Part shown: one piece after another, positions 12,935 to 25,985 of the stretch
Layout: each line of letters begins with the position of its first letter
Numbering within the stretch: position 1 is the stretch's first letter
From: Lingula anatina
Taxonomy: Eukaryota; Animalia; Brachiopoda
DNA length: 64,000 nt
Direction: 5' to 3'
NCBI GenBank assembly: GCA_051362555.1
Contig: CM120640.1
Span: 20,894,001 to 20,958,000, forward strand
The notes under the pieces: generated by a model
Database searches by the model: none
What the model was told of the DNA's origin: nothing
What the model saw: only the letters and a program-made list of their open reading frames with translations
Translations under genes and position numbers: made by a program

Positions 12935-13198
12935 ACCCTTTGTGAAGCATCTTTTTAGCTACACAGTGGATTTCGCCTTTGGATTGCGTTTACGTAGTTT
13001 AAATATTTTTTGTCTTGGCATCGGCGGTGGAACGAAAAAGAAATCGACAACGCCGAACTGCGAGATTTATTCCATCTCATTACATTGACGTCGGAGAGTC
13101 GGGTGAGGGTGGTTGTCCTCTATAATTTTACAAGAATCCGCAAAGACGTCTGTATATCAGCTACATTGTTATCACCACAGAGAGGAGGTTAGTAAAGG
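12935..13198 (+). other. Putative promoter and non-coding first exon of SGNH paralog 2
   Basis: Homologous to 1905-2153; ends in GG|GTAAGT. Confidence 0.5.
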
Positions 13199-14224
13199 GT
13201 AAGTAAACGATCACTACTGGTAGTGTTTTATTCTTTTTTCCCTCCTTTTCCTGGAAAAAGTTGCAATCATTTAAAACATTTTCAGAAATCTTTGCATCGA
13301 AAGATGATGTGCACAATTATATTATTCAGTGGTAGATTTGATGAGTCCATTTCTTTTTAGTTGATGCAAAAATCTAATGATAAATAGATAATTAATAGAA
13401 AAAATGAATAATTGTTAAAATTTCACGCAGGCGCCCTCTCCACATGTCATTGTCACTTTTTAATGACATCTTAACAAATCATGGCGGGTTCCTTTTCTGC
13501 AAAATAATATGATATTCAATTTGCATGGCGGAATTACTATGGCTAAGTAACCACCCAGGCGCCAAGCTGACCTTATGCTTGGACCTAAATAGAGAAGGAC
13601 AAGTAACGCGGAGAAAGATCAAAGGATAATCGGCTTAGCGCGAGCTCTTCGCGAAACGATGTGCGTTCGGATCACGTGACCTCCCGTACAGGTAGCGAGC
13701 ATATCGTGGCTGTTGATGACTTTTTGTGTCATTTGGACAGGTAGCTGGTGATAACGCGAGGAAAACGTTCGGGTGGATGAGTCAAGACACTTATAGAGAT
13801 AGAATGTAAGTACAATTTCTTTTGCTATTTTGGATGCTAGATGAGAATAAGGTATGTTTGTTCATGGAGGAATTCAAAATGCCCAATATGGTGAAGGCAA
13901 TCGTGTTTGTTGCCGTAAAATGAGTGTTTAAAATTGTACAACTGCGGTGTCGAATACTTGTCTTTAGCTATGATCCGATAGAAAAATATTTCTAGTCTCG
14001 AAATTTTACCTCTATGTAAAGAATTAGCCTTAGATGCGGCAATAATTCAACCTCAAATCGTGTTTTGAATTAAAATGACGCAATTCCTCTCCGATTTATT
14101 CGACTCGCCGACATCGTTTTAGGTCTGGTATTTTTTACGTGTGGTTTAGATAAAGGTGGCATCAACACCGCTGTGTACTATATGTATAGGTTTATGTTAC
14201 TTGCTTAAGTGAGCCCGAATTATG

Positions 14225-15010
14225 GAATGATAATTAATATTTTTAACTCTTAATATGGGCTCTCGTTGCAACATGGCACCACACATGCAATTGTGACACA
14301 CAAAAACGCACCTGTGATCCTTTTAATATCCTTTTATCAAAGTTGACATTAACACTGCTCTGAAGTATATATATATTTACACATTACCGGCTACAGTCAG
14401 CTCCGGTCTGAGAATGATAATTATTATTTTTGTAACTCTCAATATGGGCTATCAGTGCAATATGGCACCACACATGCAATTATGACACACAAAAACGCAC
14501 CTGTGATCCTTTTAATATCCTTTTATCAAAGTTGACATTAACACTGCTCTAAAGTATATATATATTTACACATTACTGGCTACAGTCAGCTCTGGTCTGA
14601 AAATGATAATTATTATTTTTTTGACTCTCAATATGGGCTATCATAGCAATATGACACCACACATGCAATTGTTACACACAAAAACGCAACTGTGATTCTT
14701 TAAATATCCCTTTATCAAAGTTGACATTAACACTGCTCGAAAGTATATATATATATTTACACATTACCGGCTCCAGTCAGCTCCAGTCTGAGAATGATAA
14801 TTATTATTTTTTTAACTCTTAATATGGGCTATCATTGCAATATGGCACCACCCATGCAATTGTGACACACAAAAACGCACCTGTGGGCCTTTTAATATCC
14901 TTTTATCAAAGTTGACATTAACTCTACTCTGAAGTATATATGTATATTCACATGACCGGCTAAAGTCTGCTCCAGTTTGAGAATAAAAATTATTAGTATT
15001 TCATTTTAAA
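14225..15010. repeat. Tandem repeat, ~188-bp unit, 4 copies plus a partial
   Basis: Unit gaatgataattatt...aatatgggct...caccacacatgcaatt...cacacaaaaacgca...tcaaagttgacattaac...cagtcagctc starts at ~14225, 14412, 14602, 14792 and 14979. Confidence 0.95.
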
Positions 15011-15619
15011 ATGGGATTCCCTAAACAGAATAAAGACGATTGACAAACACCCTCATTGGTCTTATAGTGAAAGTGTATATGTGGACAAGTACACATGCAA
15101 AGTTCATGATTATATGTACTCGGGTAATGGTCATAAAAGTAGATCTTGATCACATTTGTGATAATAGTCTCACCTCTGTAATTGCCTTGCTACATTGCAT
15201 TATCTTGTTATCAGGTGCTTGAAATCTTTGAAATAATCCTGAGACATGCCTTTGGATAGCACCTAGCTGGCTTTATCAAATCATCAAAGGGCCAGACGGC
15301 TTAGTTACCTGGCTGATAATGATCTAGAAAGTCCATGCCTAACAAGGGAAGTAAATTTAACTAGAGGGAAAATCTACCTGACAGGTAGAATCTTGAGATG
15401 CATTTGATAAGGCTTACCTGTGGCTCAAATGTCCAAGTAGAAGTAAAAAAGGCAATTGTCATTTATAGTAGTTTGTGATAAAAACATTCTTATTCTCTTC
15501 CAGATTCTCTCCACAAGATGCCGGAAAGTTAAAATTGGACAATGCACCATTGCCCAAGAGGAGACTCACTAATTAAACATTTGGACAGTAATTCACATAG
15601 GTCAATGAGAAATTAAAAT

Positions 15620-16880
15620 TACTGTTTTTCTTTTTATCAAGAGCTTGTAAAATATGTGGGTATTACCTCCAATATTTCTGTGACTGTCAGTCACCATCAT
15701 CAGGGAGTAAATGACTAGGGTCATTTCACCTGGAATGAAAATCCAGGTCAATTGCCCCTAATCACTGGCCTTGTGTTGTAACTGTTACTTGCTCCCCCCG
15801 GGGCTCCTCTGCATCCCTCTGGAGCACCGTGAGGTAGATAGCTGGTAAATCATACCCCCCCTGTCTGTTCAGGTCTGGTTGTTTGGTCCTGATGTGTACA
15901 GCTTCTGCTATTTTTCTTTGGAATGTCCAGTTTTCCCTGTCTATCACTTTCAGGCTGTCAAAGTCTATGTGGTGACCTGGATGTTTGCAGGTATGTTCTC
16001 CAAGGGCTGATTTCCAGTTGTTTTTGGCCACTGAGTCTTTGTGTTCTTTCATTCTTGTGGCTAATGGTCTTCCTGTCTCGCCAATGTATTCTCCTTGGCA
16101 GGTTCCACATTTGACTGAATATATCACACCACATTGCTCTCCTTGGGTTAGAGGATCCTTGGGCTTCACTAGTGCTTGTCTCAGCGTCCAACCTGGCTTA
16201 TGGTGGAGTTTGATGTTATATTTTTTATAAACCCGGCTTAGTTTTTCTGACAGACCTTGGCAGTATGGTAACACTATACTTTGCTTTGCACCCTCAATGA
16301 GGCCCATTGCATCTTTTTCTTTGTCATGTCTGTTCTTGCCTCTTTTTTCCCCTTGTTTTAGTGCCCATTTTGGATATCCACATGCTAACAGGTCTTTTTC
16401 AATCTTCTTCCTTTCTGTTTGTTTGTCTTCTGTATCGGATATCACGGTCTCACATCGGTGGAAAAGTGAAGCTGGTACACTAAGTTTTTGCGAGGTTGGA
16501 TGATGAGACGACCACTGTAAGTAGTGATCTGTGTTCGTGGCTTTCCTGTACACTGTGGTTTTAATCCGTTCTTTGTCTTTGGTCATCTTTACATCTAGCA
16601 TTGGCAGAGAACCTTCTACATTTTCTTCTTCTATTGTGAAGTGTATGCTTTGGTGTTGTGCATTAATGTGTTCAAACAGTGCCTGCACATGCGTCTTCTT
16701 GGATACGACTCCTGTGTCATCAACATATCTTCCCCAGAACTTAGGTGGGTTGGGTGTTGTTTGGAGTGCTTTCATTTCAAATTCTTCCATGAAGATATTA
16801 GCTATGACTGGTGACAGGGGGGAACCCATTGCTGCTCCATAGGTCTGTTGGTAAAATTTTCCTTTGTACTGAAAGTAGGT
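15620..16880 (-). mobile_element. 5'-truncated Penelope-like retroelement (RT plus GIY-YIG endonuclease)
   Basis: TYFQYKGKFYQQTYGAAMGSPLSP, RYVDD, LPMLDV, VYRKAT and GVIYSVKC..C...YIGETGR.L..R.KEH; reading frame open from ~16880 to the stop at 15762. Confidence 0.93.
15663..15710 (-). ncRNA. Minimal type I hammerhead ribozyme in the Penelope 3' region
   Basis: Minus strand reads ttactcc-CTGATGA-tg-gtgactg-a-cagtcac-a-GAAA-ta-TT-ggaggtaa: both core boxes, stem II, a palindromic mini stem III, an AUU triplet and stem I pairing. Confidence 0.75.
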
Positions 16881-17728
16881 CCAAGCCTTATGGAAATTTT
16901 GATGGACTTTTTTATTTGCTTTGACTTGGACAATTCTTTGTAATGGAATGTGGGCTATTTTTAAGTCACGTTGAAGCTAAAGCCCAACGCTTGTCCCTGT
17001 CTAGCGCCGTATACGTGTCTTGCTGGTAGGGTAAAGATATTATATCGTGCTTTCATTAAAACTTTACTTATTATGAAAAAATTGCTCATTGCCTATACAT
17101 TACTGTTTGTGAAATAGTTAACATAACGTATTTCATTATATAGTAATCGTCCAAACCAACAAATTATAAATGAATACGTTTCCTGTTGTAATTTAAAACC
17201 ACCAGTACAGATACTGTGGTAGGCCCTAAGGGGGCAATTTATTAGTTGGCCCTATCGAAATGGAAGCCCCTCCTCAACTCCCACTGGCGATCAAATAGAG
17301 TGCCCAAAAGCACCAAAATTAAAAACAATGATATCTCCAATGACTTGTTTTCCTATGGCACTGTCAAATTTTAAGTAATTTTCTGATTTTATCAAATTTA
17401 TTTTTCAATTCTCAATTGAAATGCAGTTCTTGAGAATATATTTTATAATATATATCTTTAAATGACTGTAATGCCTTTCTTATAATTAAAATATCAATAT
17501 CATAAATATGCCATCAAAATTTTAGTTGTAAATAAATATTATTATTAATTTTATTATTATTATCTAATTATTATTTAGATGATGATGACGATGTGCCGGT
17601 AGTGACTGACAAATATTTAAATGCAAGTGAATATCCAATGGTGCAAAATATGTTTAAATGTTAAGGTCATGCTTCTGTCTACCCTACCTAATTTTAACAT
17701 TTTATTTACTTTTAGATCTCCCCAAAGG

Positions 17729-18901
17729 ATGAGTGCAGAACAAATTCGACCAAGCCTGCGACTCACAAGCGGTGTATTTCTTATACTCTTAGGCATAATA
17801 GCGCTGTGCTTTTATATGGAATTCAATGGACACCGAGCGAAACTTGATAATGTATGGTTGGCAAGTATTCATAGTAGAAACACACAGAAAGCAAATGGTC
17901 ACGTTCAACAAATGCAGGTGTGTAATTTAGATTTTCTACAGCGATACCTACTGAAAAACGAGAGGTTTCTTGGAAATGGGAAATGGATAAATGGGACATG
18001 GCTGCCGAAAGACTGTATCATGCCAAAGTTACTGAGCCCTTCTCAGCTGGGTTCATGTTTAAAAAGTAAAAAAATAAGGAAGATAGGACAGACTGGAGAC
18101 TCTCAATCGATGAGGTACACGGGAGTTTTACATGGGGGTGAAGGATTATTTACGCGTAATGTACATGTACTTAAACGCGAAAATTCAGGTATAAGAACAC
18201 CCTCTCCTAATTATTTTAGCCCGCCTTTGAACATTAAATCTATCAGAGTGGCAAACAGAGACTGTGGTGGGTGTGCTGGAGAGCTGGTTCGATGCACAGC
18301 ACCAAATCTCAACGTCACTACAGACATCGAAGTGTTAATAACTGAATATACAAAGGACCACGAAATTACCACAAAAAGAAATGCCTGGAAAGGTGATTGT
18401 GACATTAGACTGAGGAATATTAGCCGAATACATTGCCAAGAGTCTATGACAACGCAAGAAGTGTATTTCCGCGAGTATTGGCCGCTGTCAGGTTATCCAG
18501 ATGTTATAAACATATACGCTGTACATGTACACGAGGCACAGAAACGTACGCCCCGTGATTTTGCCCGTGATTTTACTTGGTTCATTGACCTCATTGTCTC
18601 TGTTATACCAAAAACAACTAAAATATTATATTGGAATTCACCGCATGTCGATCCTTCAAAGCAACCAGCCAAATGGAGGGATGTTACGAGCAATGGATTC
18701 ATCAAGCAGTTGAATGCAATCAGCGCATCTGTGATTAGGAAATATATAATTGAAAAAAATGCAACTAATTTATACCCCATGTTTGACTTGTATGAAATTT
18801 CAAAAGACGTATTGCACTGGAATAGGGATGGTGTTCACTTTGAACCAATATGGTACAAGAAAGTCATATCACTGTTTTGGGCCACGTTGTGCCAAGATTG
18901 A
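17729..18901 (+). CDS. SGNH/PC-esterase-like type II membrane protein, paralog 2 (~390 aa)
   Basis: N-terminal hydrophobic anchor, GKW..WLPKDC, CL..K.I...GDSQ and C-terminal DGVH; acceptor AG at 17714-17715 makes 17729 the likely start rather than 17621. Confidence 0.85.
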   Translation: MSAEQIRPSLRLTSGVFLILLGIIALCFYMEFNGHRAKLDNVWLASIHSRNTQKANGHVQQMQVCNLDFLQRYLLKNERFLGNGKWINGTWLPKDCIMPKLLSPSQLGSCLKSKKIRKIGQTGDSQSMRYTGVLHGGEGLFTRNVHVLKRENSGIRTPSPNYFSPPLNIKSIRVANRDCGGCAGELVRCTAPNLNVTTDIEVLITEYTKDHEITTKRNAWKGDCDIRLRNISRIHCQESMTTQEVYFREYWPLSGYPDVINIYAVHVHEAQKRTPRDFARDFTWFIDLIVSVIPKTTKILYWNSPHVDPSKQPAKWRDVTSNGFIKQLNAISASVIRKYIIEKNATNLYPMFDLYEISKDVLHWNRDGVHFEPIWYKKVISLFWATLCQD

Positions 18902-18998
18902 TTATTCTTTAAAATCAATTTGCGAAAATTACTCAAAAGATAGTCGCTATTTTTGAAGTTTCTATTTAACGTGAACACTACATAAGCACGTTTTTACA

Positions 18999-19049
<51 letters not shown>

Positions 19050-21867
19050 AGTAAAATGACACACAGATAGAATTCAAAACATAAAAATTTAATAATACTC
19101 TTTTTGAAGAAAAGAAAATCAAACGTTTAATTCTTTAAAAAAGAATTATTAAATTCAATTCAGTTTATTAAACCCTTGAGCCCTACGGCTCATCAGAATG
19201 GAATACTATACATCAGACCAAAATGGCTGTCTTTTTATCTAGAGACATATCTGTGAATTTCTGTGAAAAATCAATCTGTCGCCCTGGTAGATTTATGATG
19301 AGAGGTAACACATGTAACCAATCACTTACAAAATTAAATAAACTTACATAAACGTATTACTCAATTATTAAAGCAAATGCTCAAAACCAGCGCCCTAGGG
19401 GTTCAGAGGTTAATTGAAACTTATCTAAAATTTGTGCAACTATATATTAGGCCCGGAATATTGTCACGAGGGGCAAGAACCGCTTACAATACATGTACTA
19501 GTGTCTTATGAGATCTTGTTCGCCACTAGTCTCTCAAAAAGCACCGAGCATACATTTAGCGTTAGATATTTTTTAAAATTAAAGATAAATTTACCTTGAA
19601 ATTTCAACACTATAACCCTAATCCGAGAGACATACGTCTAACACATCCAAAATCGTTCAAAGAATTATGACCGTTAACCAGAATCTGATCTGGAAGTTTC
19701 TGGATTTTGAGACACTCTCACAATAGCGATGGAGACAGGTGAAGTTTAACGATTAACGGACTCTCAGGTGTCACGAAACCATTCTACTTCCTTTCTTTGA
19801 ATATAACATTTCCTTTTCATTATTATTTGCCGACACTTTACCATATTTATAATTGATCTGCAAAGGGAAGTAAAGCGGAAAGAAAATCCCTAAATATACT
19901 GTGATTTCAACAAAGTTGTATATGGGTTCATTTTTGACCCGCACCCGACCTACAGCTTTAATTATGAATTGTCATCAGTCCACTTAATGTCGCCGTGATT
20001 GCAGCCTCCGTTGTATTCCTCATGCTTTTACGTTCAATTAAGCACGGCACATAAATAATTAATTAATCCTGAGAGATTTTATAAGTAGTTAGGGCAGCAA
20101 AAAATAATATTTTCCTTCGTTAACTGTTAACTGAGTCTTTATTGCGCTGCGGGCATATACGTGTGCCCCATATCAGAATATATATATACAATACTATTCA
20201 AGCAGGCCTAACGGCAATTATAGGTTTGTTATTATAATGTCAAACAGACCTAAGATCTAATAAACGGATTAGATCTTAGAACAGACCAAGAAGAAGGGTT
20301 TCATGTGTTCTATGGAGAAGTCGGGGTTAGCAGAAGCGGACAATTGACAATTAAGCTTAAATAACCTGAATATCAACTTGGAGCTTATTCTGAGCAGTGC
20401 TTTCTTCCCTAGCAATCAGACGGAATGGACCGAGGTTCATCAGATGATAAATTTCTTCCAACTTAGATTGACTCAAAATATCCATAAGCACACGCTTGTT
20501 ACCTGCCAGATCTGTATTGCAGCGTAATAAGCGTAGTGGGAAATAGCGAGAAAAACTTTTTTCCGATAATGCACACTAATCCCCCTCGCCAGCATTAACA
20601 CGACCCATCCGTCTAATTCGATTCATTCAATGGTGACATATTTACAGAAGAATGAAGCAAAATGCTAATTATATTTCACGCCATTTAAATTTTTAATTTG
20701 AGTAACCTCAGAATCGTTACAGGGTTACTCTGTAGGCCCTACTGGTTCCATCTGCCGTACATGTGAAGTTTCACCACTTCGCCCCTCTTTCTGACAGTGC
20801 CCCAACTAACACACAGCGGTGATGTTACGTTTCTCGAGATCAATTACTGACTGACCGAATGATCTCTACATTTTTTTCTGTGGCTGAGGTATTTATAATT
20901 TATAATTCATACATTCGAGATTGTACCAGTATATAGTAAAGATGCCAGTGTGAGACTTCATTCGCGGAAGTGCTATATAAATGCTATATATACAGGTATA
21001 TAAGAACCGTTTTATTTCTTAAAAACTGACACACTAGGAACTACATATCGGAGTGGGGGTCAAAAGCTGGACTAAACTGCACTAGAGAGTGATCAACTTT
21101 GTTCCCACGGTAGAGGAAAAAACAAACACAAAGTAATTCCGACAACTGTATTCATTTGGAGGTCAGTCTGAAGGTACGTCTAGGCCTATGCTACCGTATT
21201 TCCCTTCAGAACGAAGAACAACTTTTAAATGAAAATATTGTCGTCTCTGTAACTTTAAACATGGTTTCTATTTTTGTGTTTTACACTGTACAGCACGAAG
21301 AAAAATTCAGCTTTGTTAATCTTCTCCTGTATGACGTATTGTATATGCTGACATGGCGACATGACGGAAAAAAGATTTTCAGCTTTTACACAGATTTCTT
21401 GTGGATTTTGGTGGGGCCCGCAGGTCCAGATATTGAATTTTTTTTAGCAAATGTCCGTTATGATCTCCCTTACTTATACGTTCATGTGTTGCATGGTTTA
21501 TTGGCATATGCAATATACATATATCACAGGTCAGATCCCAATCTAGTCCAGTTACTGGACTAGGCCATTTAATGATTGGGATATGATCTAGGCCATAGGG
21601 TCATTGCATTGTTAAATATTATGAGCATGTTAATTGGCCTAATAATTTACAGGTGAGCAGCCTTTTTGTTTGTATTTAAAAAAAAAACTACTGTGAAATG
21701 ATCAACGTCAATTGTTAAGGATTGAACTATTGTTTTGAATATTATTTGAAACATAAAAATTACAATTCCAAAATAATGTTAAATTAGCATAAGCTCAAAA
21801 AGCTTTTAAGAAAGCGCTTCTCTTTGCTTCTTTATTTTTAAATTTCATTCATTTAAGGAGTCTCCTA

Positions 21868-23031
21868 ATGATGGGCGCAGAACACCTTCAACTAAACATG
21901 CGCCTAGCAAGTGGCATGTTTTTTATACTTTTTGCCATAACAGCGTACTGCGTTTATTTGGATTTCAATGGACCGAGAGTGAAACTTGACAATGTATGGA
22001 TGACACGTAATTCCAATCGACACATAGCAAGTGATCGTTTTCGACAGTTGCAGATGTGTAGTTTAGATTTTCTGCAGCAATACTTGATAAAAAACAAAAG
22101 GTTTCTCGGAAACGGAAAATGGGTAAACGAAACATGGCTGCCCAAAGAGTGCATTTTTCCAAAATTACTGAGCGCTGCTCAGCTTGGTTCATGTTTAAAA
22201 TGGAAAAAGATAAGGAAGATAGGACAGACTGGTGATTCTCAATCGATGAAATATATGGCGGCTATGAAACAGGGTGAAGGGATTTTTAAGTGCAAGGAAC
22301 TTAAAAGTGAATCTAGAAGTATAAGAACACCCTCTCCTTATTATTTTAGCCCTCCTTTGGACATCAAATCTATCAGAGTGGCAAACAGAGACTGTGGTGG
22401 GTGTGCTGGAGAACTGGTTCGATGCACAGCACCAAATCTCAACGTCACTACAGACATCGAAGTGTTAATAACCGAATATACAAAGGACCACGAAATTACC
22501 ACAAAAAGAAATTCCAGGAATGGTGATTGTGATGTCAGACTGAGGAATATTAGCCAAATATATTGCCAAGAGTCTGTGACAACGCAAGAAGTATATTTCC
22601 GCGAGTATTGGCCGCTGTCAGGTTATCCAGATGTCATTAACATATACGCTGTACATGTGCACGAGGCACAGAAACGTACGCCCCGTGACTTTGCCCGTGA
22701 TTTTACTTGGTTCATTGACCTCATTGTCTCTGTTATACCAAAAACAACTAAAATATTATATTGGAATTCACCGCATGTCGATCCTTCAAAGCAACCAGTC
22801 AAATGGAGGGATGTTACGAGCAATGAATTCATCAAGCAGTTGAATGCAATCAGCGCATCTGTGATTAGGAAAAATATAATTGAAAAAAATGTAACTAATT
22901 TATACCCCATGTTTGACTTGTATGAAATATCCAATGACGTATTGCACTGGAATGGGGATGGTGTTCACTTTGAACCAATTTGGTACAAGAAAGTCATATC
23001 ACTGTTTTGGGCCACGTTGTGCCAAGATTGA
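21868..23031 (+). CDS. SGNH/PC-esterase-like type II membrane protein, paralog 3 (387 aa)
   Basis: Intact ORF with TM anchor, GDSQ and DGVH. Confidence 0.88.
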   Translation: MMGAEHLQLNMRLASGMFFILFAITAYCVYLDFNGPRVKLDNVWMTRNSNRHIASDRFRQLQMCSLDFLQQYLIKNKRFLGNGKWVNETWLPKECIFPKLLSAAQLGSCLKWKKIRKIGQTGDSQSMKYMAAMKQGEGIFKCKELKSESRSIRTPSPYYFSPPLDIKSIRVANRDCGGCAGELVRCTAPNLNVTTDIEVLITEYTKDHEITTKRNSRNGDCDVRLRNISQIYCQESVTTQEVYFREYWPLSGYPDVINIYAVHVHEAQKRTPRDFARDFTWFIDLIVSVIPKTTKILYWNSPHVDPSKQPVKWRDVTSNEFIKQLNAISASVIRKNIIEKNVTNLYPMFDLYEISNDVLHWNGDGVHFEPIWYKKVISLFWATLCQD

Positions 23032-23128
23032 TTATTCTTTAAAATCAATTTGCGAAAATTACTCAAAAGATAGTCGCTATTTTTGAAGTTTCTATTCAAC
23101 GTGAACACTACATAAGCACGTTTTAAAA

Positions 23129-23169
<41 letters not shown>

Positions 23170-25532
23170 AATGACACACAGATAGAATTCAAAACATAAA
23201 AAAATAGTAATACTCTTTTTGAAGAAAAGAAAATCAAACGTTTAATTCTTTAAAAAAGAATTATTAAATTCAATTCAATTTATTAAACCCTTGACCCCTA
23301 CGGCTCATCAGAATGGAATACTATACATCAGACCAAAATGGCTGTCTTTTTATCTAGAGACATATCTGTTAATTTCTGTGAAAAATCAATCTGTCGCCCT
23401 GGTAGATTTATGATCAGAGGGAACACATGTAACCAATCACTTACAAAATTACATAAACTTACATAAACATATTAGTCAATAATTAAAGCAAATGCTCAAA
23501 ACCAGCGCCCTAGGGGTTCAGAGGTTAATTGAAACTTATCTAAAATTTGTGCAACTATATATATTAGGCCCGGAATATTGTCACGAGGGGCAAGCACCGC
23601 TTACAATACATATACTAGTGTTTTATGAGATCTTGTTCGCCACTTGTCTCTCAAAAGGCACCGAGCAAACAGTTAGCGTTAGATATTTCTAAAATTAAAG
23701 ATTGATTTACCTTGAAATTTCAACACTTTAACCCTAATCCGAGAGACATATGTGTAACACATCCGAAATCGTTCAAAGAATTATGACCGTTAACCAGAAT
23801 CTGATCTGGAAGTTTCTGGATTTTGAGACACTCTCACAATAGCGATGGAGACAGGTGAAGTTTAACGATTAACGGACTCTCAGGTGTCACGAAACCATTC
23901 TACTTCCTTTCTTTGAATATAACATTTCCTTTTCATTATTATTTGCCGACACTTTACCATATTTATAATTGATCTGCAAAGGGAAGTAAAGCGGAAAGAA
24001 AATCCCTAAATATACTGTGATTTCAACAAAGTTGTATCCGGGTTCATTTTTGACCCGCACCCGACCTACAGCTTTATGAATTGTCATCAGTCCACTTAAT
24101 GTCGCTGTGATTGCAGCCTCCGTTGTATTCCTCATGCTTTTACGTTCAATTAAGCACGGCACATAAATAATTAATTAATCCTGAGAGATTTTATAAGTAG
24201 TTAGGGCAGCAAAAAATAAGATTTTCCTTCGTTAACTGTTAACTGAGTCTTTATTGCGCTGCGGGCATATACGTGTGCCCCATATCAGAATATATATATA
24301 CAATACTATTCAAGCAGGCCTAACGGCAATTATAGGTTTGTTATTATAATGTCAAACAGACCTAAGATCTAATAAACGGATTAGATCTTAGAACAGACCA
24401 AGAAGAAGGGTTTCATGTGTTCTATGGAGAAGTCGGGGTTAGCAGAAGCGGACAATTGACAATTAAGCTTAAATAACCTGAATATCAACTTGGAGCTTAT
24501 TCTGAGCAGTGCTTTCTTCTCTAGCAATCAGACGGAATGGACCGAGGTTCATCAGATGATAAATTTCTTCCAACTTAGATTGACTCAAAATATCCATAAG
24601 CACACGCTTGTTACCTGCCAGATCTGTATTGCACACGCGTAATAAGCGTAGTGGGAAATAGCGAGAAAAACTTTTTTCCGATAATGCACACTAATCCCCC
24701 TCGCCAGCATTAACACGACCCATCCGTCTAATTCGATTCATTCAATGGTGACATATTTACAGAAGAATGAAGCAAAATGCTAATTATATTTCACGCCATT
24801 TAAATTTTTAATTTGAGTAACCTCAGAATCGTTACAGGGTTACTCTGTAGGCCCTACTGGTTCCATCTGCCGTACATGTGAAGTTTCACCACTTCGCCCC
24901 TCTTTCTGACGTTGGCCCAACTAACACACAGCGGTGATGTTACGTTTCTCGAGATCAATTACTGACTGACCGAATGATCTCTACATTTTTTTCTGTGGCT
25001 GAGGTATTTATAATTTAAAATTCATACATTCGAGATTGTACCAGTATATATATAGTAAAGATGCCAGCGTGAGACTTCATTCGCGGAAGTGCTATATAAA
25101 TGCTATATATACAGGTATATAAGAACCGTTTTATTTCTTAAAAACTGACACACGAGGAACTACATATCGAAGTGGGGGTCAAAAGCTGGACTAAACTGCA
25201 CTAGAGAGTGATCAACTTTGTTCCCACGGTAGAGGGAAAAAACAAACACAAAGTAATTACGACAACTGTATTCATTTGGAGGTCAGTCTGAAGGTACGTG
25301 TAGACCTATACTACCGTATTTCCCTTCATAACGAAGAACAACTTTTAAATGAAAATATTGTCGTCTCTGTAACCTTAAACATGGTTTCTATTTTTGTTTT
25401 ACACTGTACAGCATTACAATTTTATGATGAAGGAATTGAAAATGAGATCTCAGTAAGTTAAGATGTATTTGTAAGAAAAATTCAGGTTTGTTTATCTTCT
25501 CCTGTATGATGTATTGTATGTGCAGACATGGC

Positions 25533-25818
25533 CCCCGCACGAAAATGCAGTAGTATCGAAGTAGCAAAGAAGCATTAACGCAGTAGAGGTGTGGAGCATA
25601 TTTGCAGTAGAAATGCAGTATAGCCTGCTGCAATTCTACTTCAAAAATTACATAGGGTTGTACAGAGGAGGAGCATTAATGCAGTAGATTAGCAGCATGA
25701 TAGAAGCATGTTTCAAATATGCTAATTAGCTCCCACATCGAAGCAGATTTGAAGCATGTTTGCAGTATGATTGCAGTAGTCTACTGCGCTGGAGTATCTA
25801 CTTCGTTTTTGTGCGGGG
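25533..25818. mobile_element. CMC/EnSpm-like MITE
   Basis: TIRs CCCCGCAC(G/A)AAAA; 2-bp TSD GC shown by the empty paralogous site at ~21350 (gacatggcgacatg); internal gcagtag and gaagcat repeats. Confidence 0.8.
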
Positions 25819-25985
25819 GCGACATGACGGAAAAGAGATTTTGAGCTTTTACACAGAATTCTTGTGGATTTTGGTGGGGCCCGCAGGCCCAGATATTAAA
25901 TTTTTTTAGCAGTTGTCCGTTATGTTCTCCCTTACTTATACGTTCATGTGTTGCATGATTTATTGGCATATGCAATATACATATA

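Noticed and set aside
14225-15010. Regular repeats (also 60820-61700) as possible CRISPR arrays
   Set aside because: Head-to-tail units without unique spacers, no cas genes, eukaryotic context.
13570-16893. Inverted match gcttggacct/aggtccaagc as TIRs enclosing the array and Penelope fragment
   Set aside because: Only about 10 bp, no TSD, and the right copy overlaps Penelope RT codons.
17621-17728. N-terminal ORF extensions of paralog 2 (and 9145-9237 of paralog 1)
   Set aside because: They lie upstream of a conserved splice acceptor and are not conserved between paralogs, so they are probably intronic.
19172-19197. Minus-strand CTGATGA plus short hairpin (also 23290-23312, and + strand at ~30114) as hammerheads
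   Set aside because: No correctly placed GAAA, NUH and stem I pairing.
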